This document shows positions 21,039 to 30,973 of a stretch of 64,000 bases of DNA, one piece after another. Each line of letters begins with the position of its first letter. The stretch's first letter is position 1. The stretch is from Escherichia coli O127:H6 str. E2348/69 (lineage in GTDB: Bacteria > Pseudomonadota > Gammaproteobacteria > Enterobacterales > Enterobacteriaceae), in the NCBI RefSeq assembly GCF_000026545.1, contig NC_011601.1. One strand, 5' to 3'. The position numbers were made by a program, and so were the translations under genes. The notes below the pieces were generated by a model. That model saw nothing but the letters and a program-made list of their open reading frames with translations, ran no database searches and was not told the origin of the DNA.

Positions 21039-21545
21039 TTATGCTTTCAGTACAGCCAGAGCTGCTTCGTAATCCGGCTCGGTGGTGATTTCATCCACCA
21101 GCTGGCTGAAAATCACATTGTCATTTTCATCAATAACCACAACGGCACGCGCTGCCAGACCTTTCAGTGGGCCATCAGCAATTGCCACACCGTAGGCTTG
21201 CAGGAATTCAGCGTTACGGAAAGTGGAGAGGGTGATAACGTTGTTCAGACCTTCTGCGCCGCAGAAACGAGACTGGGCGAACGGCAGATCGGCAGAGATA
21301 CACAGCACAACGGTGTTGTCGATCTCGGTTGCCAGTTGGTTAAACTTACGCACTGATGCGGCGCAAACACCGGTATCAATACTCGGGAAAATGTTCAGCA
21401 CTTTGCGTTTACCCGCAAACTGACCGAGGGTGACGTCAGACAGATCTTTTGCCACGAGAGTAAAAGTCTGCGCTTTGCTACCCGCCTGCGGGATGGAATT
21501 GGCGACTGTAACCGGGTTGCCCTGGAAATGAACGGTTTGTGACAT
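21039..21545 (-). CDS. tpx: Thiol peroxidase
   Basis: 168-aa ORF matching recalled Tpx ([22 protein letters not shown]...). Confidence 0.9.
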   Translation of the reverse strand: MSQTVHFQGNPVTVANSIPQAGSKAQTFTLVAKDLSDVTLGQFAGKRKVLNIFPSIDTGVCAASVRKFNQLATEIDNTVVLCISADLPFAQSRFCGAEGLNNVITLSTFRNAEFLQAYGVAIADGPLKGLAARAVVVIDENDNVIFSQLVDEITTEPDYEAALAVLKA

Positions 21546-21663
21546 GATTATCTTTCCTGTTTACATATAGTTAACGTCACACCTAGTTTATGCTAACTGT
21601 CAATAACACAGCAAACGCTATTTGCGCTTAATCCGCAGACCACCGCGACAACAAGGAGTAAAG

Positions 21664-22629
21664 ATGAGAACCGTTAAGGTATTTGAGGAGGCCTGGCCCT
21701 TACATACCCCGTTTGTGATTGCTCGGGGAAGTCGCAGTGAAGCGCGCGTGGTGGTGGTTGAACTGGAAGAAGAGGGTATTAAAGGCACCGGCGAATGCAC
21801 GCCGTATCCGCGTTATGGGGAAAGTGATGCCTCGGTAATGGCGCAAATTATGAGCGTCGTGCCGCAATTAGAGAAAGGGTTGACACGGGAGGAGTTGCAA
21901 AAAATCCTCCCTGCCGGCGCAGCACGTAATGCGCTGGATTGTGCATTGTGGGATCTGGCGGCGCGAAAACAGCAGCAATCGCTGGCTGATTTGATCGGCA
22001 TAACGCTTCCCGAGACAGTCACCACGGCACAGACGATAGTCATCGGTACGCCTGATCAGATGGCCAATAGTGCATCAACACTCTGGCAGGCAGGCGCGAA
22101 ATTACTGAAAGTGAAGCTGGATAACCATCTTATCAGTGAGCGGATGGTGGCAATTCGCACAGCTGTGCCCGATGCGACGCTGATCGTTGATGCAAATGAA
22201 TCCTGGCGTGCAGAAGGGTTGGCGGCGCGTTGCCAGCTATTGGCAGATTTAGGCGTTGCGATGCTTGAACAACCGCTTTCTGCGCAGGACGATGCGGCGC
22301 TGGAGAATTTTATTCATCCGTTACCGATTTGTGCTGATGAAAGTTGTCATACTCGTAGCAATCTGAAGGCGCTGAAAGGGCGCTATGAGATGGTTAACAT
22401 TAAGCTTGATAAAACCGGTGGTCTGACGGAAGCGCTGGCGCTGGCGACTGAAGCGCGTGCACAAGGTTTTCGTCTGATGCTGGGCTGCATGTTGTGTACC
22501 TCTCGTGCCATTAGCGCCGCTTTACCGCTGGTGCCGCAGGTCAGTTTCGCCGATCTTGACGGACCGACCTGGCTGGCGGTAGATGTGGAACCGGCGCTTC
22601 AGTTCACGACGGGCGAATTGCATCTTTAG
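21664..22629 (+). CDS. ycjG: L-Ala-D/L-Glu epimerase (enolase superfamily)
   Basis: ORF track starts at 21622; ATG 21664 with AAGGAG SD gives MRTVKVFEEAW... (321 aa). Confidence 0.85.
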   Translation: MRTVKVFEEAWPLHTPFVIARGSRSEARVVVVELEEEGIKGTGECTPYPRYGESDASVMAQIMSVVPQLEKGLTREELQKILPAGAARNALDCALWDLAARKQQQSLADLIGITLPETVTTAQTIVIGTPDQMANSASTLWQAGAKLLKVKLDNHLISERMVAIRTAVPDATLIVDANESWRAEGLAARCQLLADLGVAMLEQPLSAQDDAALENFIHPLPICADESCHTRSNLKALKGRYEMVNIKLDKTGGLTEALALATEARAQGFRLMLGCMLCTSRAISAALPLVPQVSFADLDGPTWLAVDVEPALQFTTGELHL

Positions 22630-23332
22630 GATGCCAGCGCAGCAAGTTTGCCATCGCAAAGAGATATTTTTCGCTGGCTTCGTCGGAGGAGATGGGTGGA
22701 AACTCTGCGGTGATGCAATGCAAGTTGAGATCTGCACACCAACTGCCGAAAGAGCCAGGCGTTTCATAACCGACGCTGGTTACCAGGGGCAATTCAAACG
22801 CCTGGGCCAGCCATTCACCTAATTCGCTGTGTCTGGGATCTTCAATACAGGCCAGCGGATCGTGGAATGAGACCACCCAGGCAGGTTGAATGCGGTGTAT
22901 AAGTTGGCACAGCGCCTGGGTTTCAGGTTCGGAGCCAGGTTTGTCACCTGTCAGTAATACAACATCACGTTCTTCAGCGGCGCTGTTCCAGCGATAAACT
23001 GTTTCACCTTCCTTCCAGTTTGCTGCCGGAAAGTTTCGGTTTAAATCCACACCATTAGCATTGGCCCGTAACCCTAACTGGCAGCCGTCAGGATTCACAC
23101 ACAGCACCACATGATGGCGGCGCAAAGAAGGTGTCAAAGTCCGCAGAGCACAGGAGAGCGTGACGATCGAAGAGTTTTCATCACCGTGAGTGCCAGCCAG
23201 AATCAAACCACTTTCGTGACTGGCTGCAGGGGCCGGAAACCAGATTAACGGCGCGCCCAATAATGAACGTCCGTAATGTTCTGTTCCGGGCGGAAATGCG
23301 CCGCGTTCGGCGCGTGGGCGAGTTACGGTCAT
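22604..23332 (-). CDS. mpaA: Murein peptide amidase A (zinc carboxypeptidase family)
   Basis: ORF track 22604-23392; ATG at 23332 gives MTVTRPRAERG... (242 aa); 3' end overlaps ycjG by 26 bp. Confidence 0.85.
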   Translation of the reverse strand: MTVTRPRAERGAFPPGTEHYGRSLLGAPLIWFPAPAASHESGLILAGTHGDENSSIVTLSCALRTLTPSLRRHHVVLCVNPDGCQLGLRANANGVDLNRNFPAANWKEGETVYRWNSAAEERDVVLLTGDKPGSEPETQALCQLIHRIQPAWVVSFHDPLACIEDPRHSELGEWLAQAFELPLVTSVGYETPGSFGSWCADLNLHCITAEFPPISSDEASEKYLFAMANLLRWHPKDAIRPS

Positions 23333-23427
23333 GATCGTCTCTGGTTCAGGAAGTATTACAGGCAGTGTTGTGCAAATTTTGCGGATTATCAAATCCTTTT
23401 CTTCAACGCTATGTCATCGATCTTGTA

Positions 23428-23458
23428 TCACTTTTTTGCCGGAAGTTGTTTGTATTTT
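23428..23458. promoter_or_regulatory. Conserved 31-bp motif, copy 1 (shared with mppA upstream region)
   Basis: tcacttttttgccggaagttgtttgtatttt, 27/31 identical to 26539-26569. Confidence 0.3.
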
Positions 23459-23577
23459 CATTGATGTGCAGATATTAGAATTGTCGTAATGTTATATACA
23501 TGGCGTATTTTATTCTTACTGGTTCTACACATGTTAATCGCATCTGATTGATCAGTTCACCTTAATAAGTTTAATAA

Positions 23578-23604
23578 ATCGTACTGCACATAGTACAGTA
23601 CGAT
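23578..23604 (-). terminator. Putative hairpin terminator downstream of the NmrA-like gene
   Basis: Perfect 9-bp arms (atcgtactg / cagtacgat) with 9-nt loop, about 20 bp past the minus-strand stop. Confidence 0.3.
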
Positions 23605-23622
23605 GGTAGCTATATAATTGAT

Positions 23623-24261
23623 TTACATGAAGAAGGGCTTATCACTATCAGTCCCGGGTTGATTGATGCCTATATTCTCACCAATGTGTTTCTCAGGTTT
23701 ATCGATGATATCTGTGATTAATGCTGCGACACTCTTACGTGATACGATCGTACCTTTGAATGGTTCATTGCGTGAGGTAAGCTCATAATCAATAATATCT
23801 TCATCAGTCAGCCAGGCAGGGCGAAGAATTGTATATTCCAGTCCAGAAGCCTCAATTGCATCCGCAGCCCTGCGGAATGGTTTTAGGGGTTCACCAATAA
23901 CTGCATTATTCCATTCGCCAAATTTTCCTGGAACTTCATCATAAATACCGAGTGAAAGAACAAAGATCAGACGTTTAATATCACAGGCTTTCATCGCAGC
24001 GATCACTGAATTTGCCTGAATATCTAAATCTTCCCCCGTAAGGTTGGCATACACAACATCCTGTCCCTGCATGGCCTGCTTAAGTGCTGCATGATTCAGT
24101 ACATCCCCCATAATAATCTTGCTATTAGTTGGATAGGGTTTGTGGATTTTTGCTGGCTGACGGGCAAATAAAGTTTGTTTAATGGTTTGTTTATCTGCCA
24201 GTTGATTAATCACATGGCGGGCTATCTGACCGCCAGCACCAAGAATCAGTACATTTTTCAT
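23623..24261 (-). CDS. NAD(P)-binding NmrA/SDR-like protein
   Basis: 212-aa ORF with N-terminal Rossmann motif (LILGAGGQIARH); position corresponds to the ymjC locus of K-12. Confidence 0.7.
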   Translation of the reverse strand: MKNVLILGAGGQIARHVINQLADKQTIKQTLFARQPAKIHKPYPTNSKIIMGDVLNHAALKQAMQGQDVVYANLTGEDLDIQANSVIAAMKACDIKRLIFVLSLGIYDEVPGKFGEWNNAVIGEPLKPFRRAADAIEASGLEYTILRPAWLTDEDIIDYELTSRNEPFKGTIVSRKSVAALITDIIDKPEKHIGENIGINQPGTDSDKPFFM

Positions 24262-24331
24262 GAAACTTTTCCCAGATTATTGGCAGCAATATGCCTGGCC
24301 ATATCACTATTACGGATTTGAATATGTTTCA

Positions 24332-25252
24332 TTACAGAGTTTCCTCAAAGAACGGAGCTAATACTGAAATTGCTTCAGCCACATAGACTTTGCCGTCATA
24401 AAGATCCATATGGTTTGCGCCTTCAACAATGTGATAGCGTTTATCCTGGCTTGATGCTCGATCGTACAGGTCGTCACTCATCCATTTGCTCCCAGCCTGG
24501 CTGCCCGCCACAATCTGTATCGGCTGAGTCAGGTACACTTCCGCCATATGGTAAGCATCATAGGTAATAATCTGGTTAAGGCTGCGCAAAGTAGCGTAAC
24601 CCGGTGCTGTTGGATACTGCGCGCGAGGGGTGTGGTAATACTCCCAGGCCTGACGCAGTTCTTCGTTCGGCGCATCGGACTCCTTCATTGGTGCCAGTGG
24701 CATAGTGGCGTATTCTCCGCTGCTAATATCGCTGGTTCGGGCGTTTGAACCCGCGTCAACGTATGGTAGGGCATCAATAGATTTCACATTGTTTTCCCAA
24801 CCATTACGGAACATCGAACCAATATTGACCGCACTAACAGTACCGATGGCCTTGATGCGGCGATCCTGAATTGCAGCATTGGCTGTATATCCTGCACCGG
24901 CACAAATTCCCATCGCACCAATTCGGGTATTGTCGACATAAGAAAGCGTTGTCAGGTAATCAATCACGGCACTGACGTCTTCAGTACGAATGTATGGGTT
25001 TTCTAACTGACGCGGCTCGCCGCCGCTTTCACCTTGATAAGATGCGTCATAAGCAATAGTGACAAATCCCTTTTCCGCCAGTTTTTCGGCATAGGTTCCG
25101 GCCGTTTGCTCTTTAACGCCCCCACCTGGGTGAGATACCACAATTGCCGGATACTGACGGGTTTCATCAAATTTTGGAGGGAAATAGATCACTGCAGACA
25201 AAGAGATGGTTGGATTATTGCTGTTAGTGAAGCTGACTTTATTATTCATCAT
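24332..25252 (-). CDS. ycjY: Alpha/beta hydrolase (dienelactone hydrolase-like)
   Basis: ORF track 24332-25264; start probably the internal Met at 25252; GxCxG-type nucleophile elbow (GICAG). Confidence 0.8.
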   Translation of the reverse strand: MMNNKVSFTNSNNPTISLSAVIYFPPKFDETRQYPAIVVSHPGGGVKEQTAGTYAEKLAEKGFVTIAYDASYQGESGGEPRQLENPYIRTEDVSAVIDYLTTLSYVDNTRIGAMGICAGAGYTANAAIQDRRIKAIGTVSAVNIGSMFRNGWENNVKSIDALPYVDAGSNARTSDISSGEYATMPLAPMKESDAPNEELRQAWEYYHTPRAQYPTAPGYATLRSLNQIITYDAYHMAEVYLTQPIQIVAGSQAGSKWMSDDLYDRASSQDKRYHIVEGANHMDLYDGKVYVAEAISVLAPFFEETL

Positions 25253-25351
25253 TCCGTTCCTCATGGAGTTGTCGGTTCGTTTTAACGGTTGGTGATATCA
25301 CTATAGATATTGATCATTAAGTTGATTAGACCCAAAATCATGATTAGACCT

Positions 25352-25365
25352 ATCATTTAAATGAT
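25352..25365. promoter_or_regulatory. Perfect 14-bp palindrome in ycjY/ycjZ divergent control region
   Basis: ATCATTTAAATGAT, 25 bp upstream of the LysR-type regulator ycjZ. Confidence 0.3.
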
Positions 25366-25389
25366 TAATAGATTGTATGGAGATACTGA

Positions 25390-26289
25390 ATGAAGCGTGA
25401 AGAAATCGCTGATCTGATGGCGTTTGTCGTTGTTGCAGAGGAGCGTAGCTTCACTCGCGCAGCAGCCCGCCTGAGCATGGCGCAGTCAGCTTTAAGCCAG
25501 ATAGTGCGCCGTATAGAAGAACGATTGGGATTGCGGCTTCTGACGCGAACCACGCGCAGCGTTGTACCCACTGAAGCGGGCGAGCATCTTTTGTCTGTTC
25601 TTGGCCCTATGTTGCATGACATAGATTCTGCCCTGACATCCCTGAGCGATCTGCAGAACCGCCCATCCGGGACAATACGTATTACTACTGTAGAACATGC
25701 AGCAAAAACGATATTGTTACCAGCTATGCGCACATTCCTGAAATCGCATCCTGAAATTGATATTCAGCTTACCATTGATTATGGTTTGACCGATGTCGTT
25801 TCTGAACGTTTTGATGCAGGCGTCCGTCTGGGTGGGGAGATGGATAAAGATATGATCGCCATTCGAATCGGGCCAGACATACCAATGGCTATTGTTGGCT
25901 CACCGGATTATTTTTCTCGCCGAAGTGCTCCAACGTCAGTGTCACAATTAATAGATCATCAGGCAATTAATTTGTATCTTCCCACATCGGGTACAGCAAA
26001 TCGCTGGAGATTAATACGCGGTGGACGTGAAGTTCGTGTTCGCATGGAAGGTCAGCTTTTACTGAATACGATAGACCTGATCATTGATGCTGCAATTGAT
26101 GGGCATGGATTGGCGTATCTACCTTATGATCAGGTTGAGCGGGCTATTAAAGAAAAAAAACTGATACGTGTTTTGGATAAATTCACACCAGATTTACCCG
26201 GTTATCACCTGTACTATCCACACCGTCGACATGCTGGCTCGGCATTCTCATTATTTATAGATAGGCTGAAGTATAAAGGTGCTGTTTAG
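25390..26289 (+). CDS. ycjZ: LysR-family transcriptional regulator
   Basis: 299-aa ORF with N-terminal HTH (SFTRAAARLSMAQSALSQ) and LysR substrate-binding domain. Confidence 0.85.
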   Translation: MKREEIADLMAFVVVAEERSFTRAAARLSMAQSALSQIVRRIEERLGLRLLTRTTRSVVPTEAGEHLLSVLGPMLHDIDSALTSLSDLQNRPSGTIRITTVEHAAKTILLPAMRTFLKSHPEIDIQLTIDYGLTDVVSERFDAGVRLGGEMDKDMIAIRIGPDIPMAIVGSPDYFSRRSAPTSVSQLIDHQAINLYLPTSGTANRWRLIRGGREVRVRMEGQLLLNTIDLIIDAAIDGHGLAYLPYDQVERAIKEKKLIRVLDKFTPDLPGYHLYYPHRRHAGSAFSLFIDRLKYKGAV

Positions 26290-26538
26290 CACTACTTGCT
26301 GATACATTAATTTAATTCTTCTCTTAACGTATTCTCAGTTCCTTTCAACGTTTTGGTTATTTTTTATTCTTCGCACAATGGCGACAGATGCTGATTATGA
26401 TACCGAAAACGGGTTTGAATGTGCGAAGCCCGAACGTAGTGTTCGGAGTTCTATGTGCTTTACCGCATTTTGGAGACTATTATTTACACTAAATCTGATT
26501 TGATATATTGATACTTAAAACATTTGATGCTTCCTTTG

Positions 26539-26569
26539 TCACTTTTTTGATGGAAGTTGTTTGCATTTC
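26539..26569 (+). promoter_or_regulatory. Conserved 31-bp motif, copy 2, overlapping putative mppA promoter
   Basis: tcacttttttgatggaagttgtttgcatttc; TTGCAT(26561-26566)-17 bp-AATAAT(26584-26589) lies at its 3' edge. Confidence 0.3.
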
Positions 26570-26625
26570 TTTAAAGCGAAACAAATAATTACGCATCAAT
26601 TTTAATGTCGGTTAGAGGGAAACTT

Positions 26626-28239
26626 ATGAAGCACTCTGTTTCAGTCACGTGTTGTGCGCTGTTGGTCAGCAGCATTTCTCTTTCGTATGCTGCTGAAGTT
26701 CCGAGCGGCACAGTACTGGCAGAGAAGCAGGAGCTGGTGCGCCACATTAAAGATGAGCCAGCGTCGCTGGATCCCGCTAAAGCCGTGGGCCTGCCGGAGA
26801 TTCAGGTCATTCGCGATCTGTTTGAAGGACTGGTGAATCAGAACGAGAAAGGGGAGATTGTCCCCGGCGTTGCGACTCAGTGGAAAAGTAATGACAACCG
26901 TATCTGGACTTTTACCCTGCGCGATAACGCAAAATGGGCGGATGGCACACCGGTAACGGCGCAAGATTTTGTCTACAGCTGGCAACGTCTGGTGGACCCG
27001 AAAACGCTATCGCCATTTGCATGGTTTGCCGCACTGGCGGGAATCAACAACGCACAGGCGATTATTGATGGTAAAGCCGCGCCTGACCAGCTTGGCGTCA
27101 CCGCAGTTGATGCCCATACTTTGAAAATCCAGCTTGATAAACCATTGCCGTGGTTTGTGAATTTAACCGCTAACTTTGCCTTCTTCCCGGTGCAAAAAGC
27201 CAACGTAGAAAGCAGTAAAGAGTGGACGAAACCCGGAAATCTGATCGGCAATGGCGCTTATGTTCTTAAAGAGCGCGTAGTCAATGAAAAACTGGTCGTA
27301 GTGCCGAATACCCATTATTGGGATAACGCCAAAACGGTACTGCAAAAAGTGACCTTCCTGCCAATTAATCAGGAATCCGCAGCCACTAAGCGTTATCTCG
27401 CGGGGGATATTGATATCACCGAATCCTTCCCGAAAAATATGTATCAGAAGTTGTTGAAGGATATTCCGGGGCAGGTTTATACGCCGCCGCAGCTCGGGAC
27501 CTATTATTATGCGTTTAACACGCAAAAAGGGCCGACGGCAGATCAGCGCGTTCGCCTGGCATTAAGTATGACGATAGATCGCCGCCTGATGACCGAAAAA
27601 GTGTTGGGGACGGGCGAAAAGCCAGCGTGGCATTTTACACCAGATGTTACCGCGGGATTTACGCCGGAACCTTCGCCGTTTGAACAGATGAGTCAGGAAG
27701 AACTGAATGCGCAGGCAAAAACTTTGTTGAGCGCAGCTGGTTATGGTTCGCAAAAACCGCTGAAGTTGACGCTTTTGTATAACACTTCAGAAAACCATCA
27801 AAAAATTGCGATTGCTGTAGCTTCGATGTGGAAAAAGAACCTGGGCGTAGATGTTAAATTGCAAAACCAGGAATGGAAAACCTATATCGATAGCCGTAAT
27901 ACCGGCAATTTTGATGTTATCCGCGCCTCGTGGGTAGGGGATTATAATGAACCCTCCACTTTCCTGACATTATTAACGTCAACGCATTCCGGGAATATTT
28001 CACGCTTTAACAATCCGGCATATGACAAAGTTCTGGCCCAGGCATCGACGGAAAATACCGTTAAAGCGCGTAATGCCGATTACAACGCGGCAGAAAAAAT
28101 CCTCATGGAGCAAGCACCGATTGCACCAATTTATCAATATACCAATGGACGATTAATCAAGCCGTGGCTGAAAGGTTATCCCATTAATAACCCTGAAGAT
28201 GTGGCGTACAGTCGGACTATGTATATTGTGAAGCATTAA
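26626..28239 (+). CDS. mppA: Periplasmic murein tripeptide-binding protein
   Basis: ORF track starts at 26605; ATG 26626 gives MKHSVSVTCC... (537 aa), OppA-family. Confidence 0.9.
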   Translation: MKHSVSVTCCALLVSSISLSYAAEVPSGTVLAEKQELVRHIKDEPASLDPAKAVGLPEIQVIRDLFEGLVNQNEKGEIVPGVATQWKSNDNRIWTFTLRDNAKWADGTPVTAQDFVYSWQRLVDPKTLSPFAWFAALAGINNAQAIIDGKAAPDQLGVTAVDAHTLKIQLDKPLPWFVNLTANFAFFPVQKANVESSKEWTKPGNLIGNGAYVLKERVVNEKLVVVPNTHYWDNAKTVLQKVTFLPINQESAATKRYLAGDIDITESFPKNMYQKLLKDIPGQVYTPPQLGTYYYAFNTQKGPTADQRVRLALSMTIDRRLMTEKVLGTGEKPAWHFTPDVTAGFTPEPSPFEQMSQEELNAQAKTLLSAAGYGSQKPLKLTLLYNTSENHQKIAIAVASMWKKNLGVDVKLQNQEWKTYIDSRNTGNFDVIRASWVGDYNEPSTFLTLLTSTHSGNISRFNNPAYDKVLAQASTENTVKARNADYNAAEKILMEQAPIAPIYQYTNGRLIKPWLKGYPINNPEDVAYSRTMYIVKH

Positions 28240-28289
28240 TGTGATGGGAACTGGCGTTACCCTTGTGGATAACGCCAGTGATGTCTGAT

Positions 28290-29321
28290 TTAGCGACCCT
28301 GGTCCGGCGGTGTAATGTTATCCATATACAGCGTCTGGCTGGGGAAGGCAAAGTCCGCGCCGTGTGACTGTACAATATCGATAATCTTCAAATAAACGTC
28401 TTGCTGTGCGGCAAGCCACTCAGCCCATACCGTGGTTTTGGTAAAGCAATAAACCATAATATTTAATGACGAATCAGCAAACTGGTTGAAATAAACCAGT
28501 AAGGTTTGTCGCTGGTCGATGGCCGGGTGATTTTTCAGCATCTCACGTACGGCTTCGACAATAACGCCCACTTTTGCCGCATCCTCATAACGTAAACCAA
28601 TGGTCGTGGTAATGCGCCGGTTGGTCATTCGTCCAGGATTTTCTACGCTGATCGACGAAAACAGCGAGTTCGGTACGTACAATGGACGATTATCAAAGGT
28701 CTTAATTTTGGTAATTCGCCAGCCAATTTCCGCTACTGTACCTTCGATATTTCTGTCCGGTGAACGGATCCAGTCGCCAATACTGAAAGGACGGTCGAAA
28801 TAGAGCATAATCCCGGAAAAGAAGTTACTCAGAATATCTTTACCGGCCATACCGACAGCCAGACCACCAATACCACCAAAGGTCAACAAGCCAGAAAGGC
28901 TCATGCCGAAATGTTCGCCATAAAGCAGAACAAGCACCACAATAATGGTGATTTTGATAATGCGCGACATGATCCGCGCACTGGTGATATCGCGACCTTT
29001 TTTAATCTGCTGTTTTTCAAACTGATTAATCAGCAGAAATAGCTTAATCGTCAGAATAACCGCAATCAGGGACGTACAGATAAAATCGATAACGCCTGGG
29101 GTGATAAATTTGAGTTTATAGTTTTCTATAACATAGTTAATGATGCTACCAACAGCACTAATAATTATGGTGTAGATTAAAAATTGCACCGCATGGAATA
29201 AAAATCCTTTTCTTTTACGATCTCCACGGCGAAACCAAAAGCTCATCAGAATCAATGCTGCGCAGCTACCGAAAATAATGACCAGATTAAGCGCATTATT
29301 TGTAAACAGTTCAGCGATCAT
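28290..29321 (-). CDS. ynaI: MscS-family mechanosensitive channel
   Basis: 343-aa ORF with N-terminal TM helices and MscS beta domain. Confidence 0.85.
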   Translation of the reverse strand: MIAELFTNNALNLVIIFGSCAALILMSFWFRRGDRKRKGFLFHAVQFLIYTIIISAVGSIINYVIENYKLKFITPGVIDFICTSLIAVILTIKLFLLINQFEKQQIKKGRDITSARIMSRIIKITIIVVLVLLYGEHFGMSLSGLLTFGGIGGLAVGMAGKDILSNFFSGIMLYFDRPFSIGDWIRSPDRNIEGTVAEIGWRITKIKTFDNRPLYVPNSLFSSISVENPGRMTNRRITTTIGLRYEDAAKVGVIVEAVREMLKNHPAIDQRQTLLVYFNQFADSSLNIMVYCFTKTTVWAEWLAAQQDVYLKIIDIVQSHGADFAFPSQTLYMDNITPPDQGR

Positions 29322-29564
29322 TGTTTTATCAGGCTCCTCCAGATAATTGTCGTCATGCCGGAAACCCCTGGCGGGACTATTTTACCGCGACAATTCATTC
29401 AGATCATCAATAGTCAGGGAAGGAAGTAGCAACATTAGCTAACTAATCAATGCGTTGATTGTAAATCCAGCTAAGAGGTGAGATTTTCAGAGCAGACAAC
29501 GGTGAAATGTCATGGTATTGTTACGTTTAGGTAACAAGAAATTTGTCTGCACAAGGATTACATC

Positions 29565-29822
29565 ATGATTATGGCGAAACTGAAGTCAGCGAAAGGGAAG
29601 AAATTTCTCTTTGGTTTGTTGGCGGTTTTCATTATTGCGGCGTCGGTTGTGACTCGCGCGACCATCGGCGGCGTTATAGAACAGTACAATATTCCGCTGT
29701 CTGAGTGGACGACATCAATGTATGTGATTCAGTCATCGATGATTTTTGTTTATAGCCTGGTCTTTACAGTGTTGCTGGCAATCCCGTTGGGAATTTATTT
29801 CCTTGGCGGCGAAGAGCAGTAA
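29565..29822 (+). CDS. ynaJ: Small inner membrane protein (DUF2534)
   Basis: 85-aa ORF with two predicted TM helices. Confidence 0.8.
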   Translation: MIMAKLKSAKGKKFLFGLLAVFIIAASVVTRATIGGVIEQYNIPLSEWTTSMYVIQSSMIFVYSLVFTVLLAIPLGIYFLGGEEQ

Positions 29823-29831
29823 GTAAAAAAT

Positions 29832-29851
29832 AGGCCCGATAACTCGGGCCT
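29832..29851. terminator. Bidirectional terminator between ynaJ and uspE
   Basis: aggcccgataactcgggcct hairpin flanked by A/T runs. Confidence 0.6.
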
Positions 29852-29871
29852 TGTCAGTTATTGAAGAGTCG

Positions 29872-30822
29872 TTAATCGTCTTCTTCGTCATCCAGTTCAA
29901 CGGGTGTCTGATACTGGTCAGGTTTAATGACCAGCAGGTCGCAGCGAAGATGATCAATCACCTGTTCCGCCGTGTTGCCAAGGAATGCTGCTGAAATACC
30001 GGTGCGTCCGACCGTGCCCAGAACCACAATCCCCGCCTGTAAGTGCTCCGCCAAATCAGGAATCACCTCTTCGGGCAGACCTTTTTCTACGTGCGTCATG
30101 TTTTCATTAATGCCGAATTTCTGCCGCAGAGCTTTCATTGCCAGCAAATGTTGGCCACGAATGGCATCGTTATAAACGCTCGGGTCAAATTCCGGCAGTT
30201 CAATCGCGATATTAATTGGCGTTACCGGATAAGCGCCAACCAGATGAACTTCGGTATGGTTGACTTGTTCTGCCAGTTCGATCGTCTCTTTGACCAGTTT
30301 TTCATTGAGCGCATTATGGTACGGCTCTTCACTGGCGAGATTCACCGCCACCAGCGCCTTACCCCCTTCCGGCCACGGCTGGTCTTTCACCATCCACACG
30401 GGGCTTGGGCATTTGCGTAACAGATGCCAGTCCGTTGGCGTAAAAATCACCGCTTCCAGACGGTCATGTTGATGCGCCATTTTTAGCACCAAATCGTGCC
30501 CGCCGCTGATCACTTCCTGAATGATGGCTTCGAAAGGACGGTTATGCCAGACCACTTTAATTTCAATGGGAACGCCAGCATTGAGATAATATTTTGCCTG
30601 CTCGTGGATCCAGGCTGTACGCTGGCTGATGACGCCCTGACGCATAGCGGTACGTTCGTCCGGAGAGAGCAGGGTGGTCATTTCGTATGAGAAGTCATAG
30701 ATCGGCAAAAAGGCTTTAATTTTGCCACCAATCCGTTGATGTAAATAAACAGCTCGCCGCAATGCTGGTTGGTCGTCCTGGTTAGGATCGATAACAACGA
30801 GCATGTTCTGATACATAGCCAT
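29872..30822 (-). CDS. uspE: Tandem-domain universal stress protein E
   Basis: ORF track 29872-30849; ATG at 30822 gives [10 protein letters not shown]... (316 aa). Confidence 0.9.
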   Translation of the reverse strand: MAMYQNMLVVIDPNQDDQPALRRAVYLHQRIGGKIKAFLPIYDFSYEMTTLLSPDERTAMRQGVISQRTAWIHEQAKYYLNAGVPIEIKVVWHNRPFEAIIQEVISGGHDLVLKMAHQHDRLEAVIFTPTDWHLLRKCPSPVWMVKDQPWPEGGKALVAVNLASEEPYHNALNEKLVKETIELAEQVNHTEVHLVGAYPVTPINIAIELPEFDPSVYNDAIRGQHLLAMKALRQKFGINENMTHVEKGLPEEVIPDLAEHLQAGIVVLGTVGRTGISAAFLGNTAEQVIDHLRCDLLVIKPDQYQTPVELDDEEDD

Positions 30823-30973
30823 ACAGGGTCTCCTTACAACAACTGTCAACGCAGTTTGTAATTAAAAGATTAACCCATATCTGGTGAATGAAACAGTGAT
30901 GAACCTTCTGTCAGATCAATAAATCAGAAAAATTTAATGATATGACAGAAGGATAGTGAGTTATGCGGAAGAA

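Noticed and set aside
23578-23604. Possible LexA SOS box (TACTGCACATAGTACAGTA)
   Set aside because: CTG and CAG are separated by 9 nt rather than the 10 nt of the consensus and the central TA-rich core is poor; more simply a hairpin terminator.
1422-26605. Upstream-extended starts in the ORF track (ycjM 1422, ycjX 16752, tyrR 19427, ycjG 21622, mpaA 23392, ycjY 25264, mppA 26605, and likewise uspE, fnr, uspF, hslJ, ydbL, dgcM)
   Set aside because: Internal ATG codons with better Shine-Dalgarno spacing give protein lengths matching the known E. coli orthologues; the extensions are longest-ORF artefacts, some starting at GTG or TTG.
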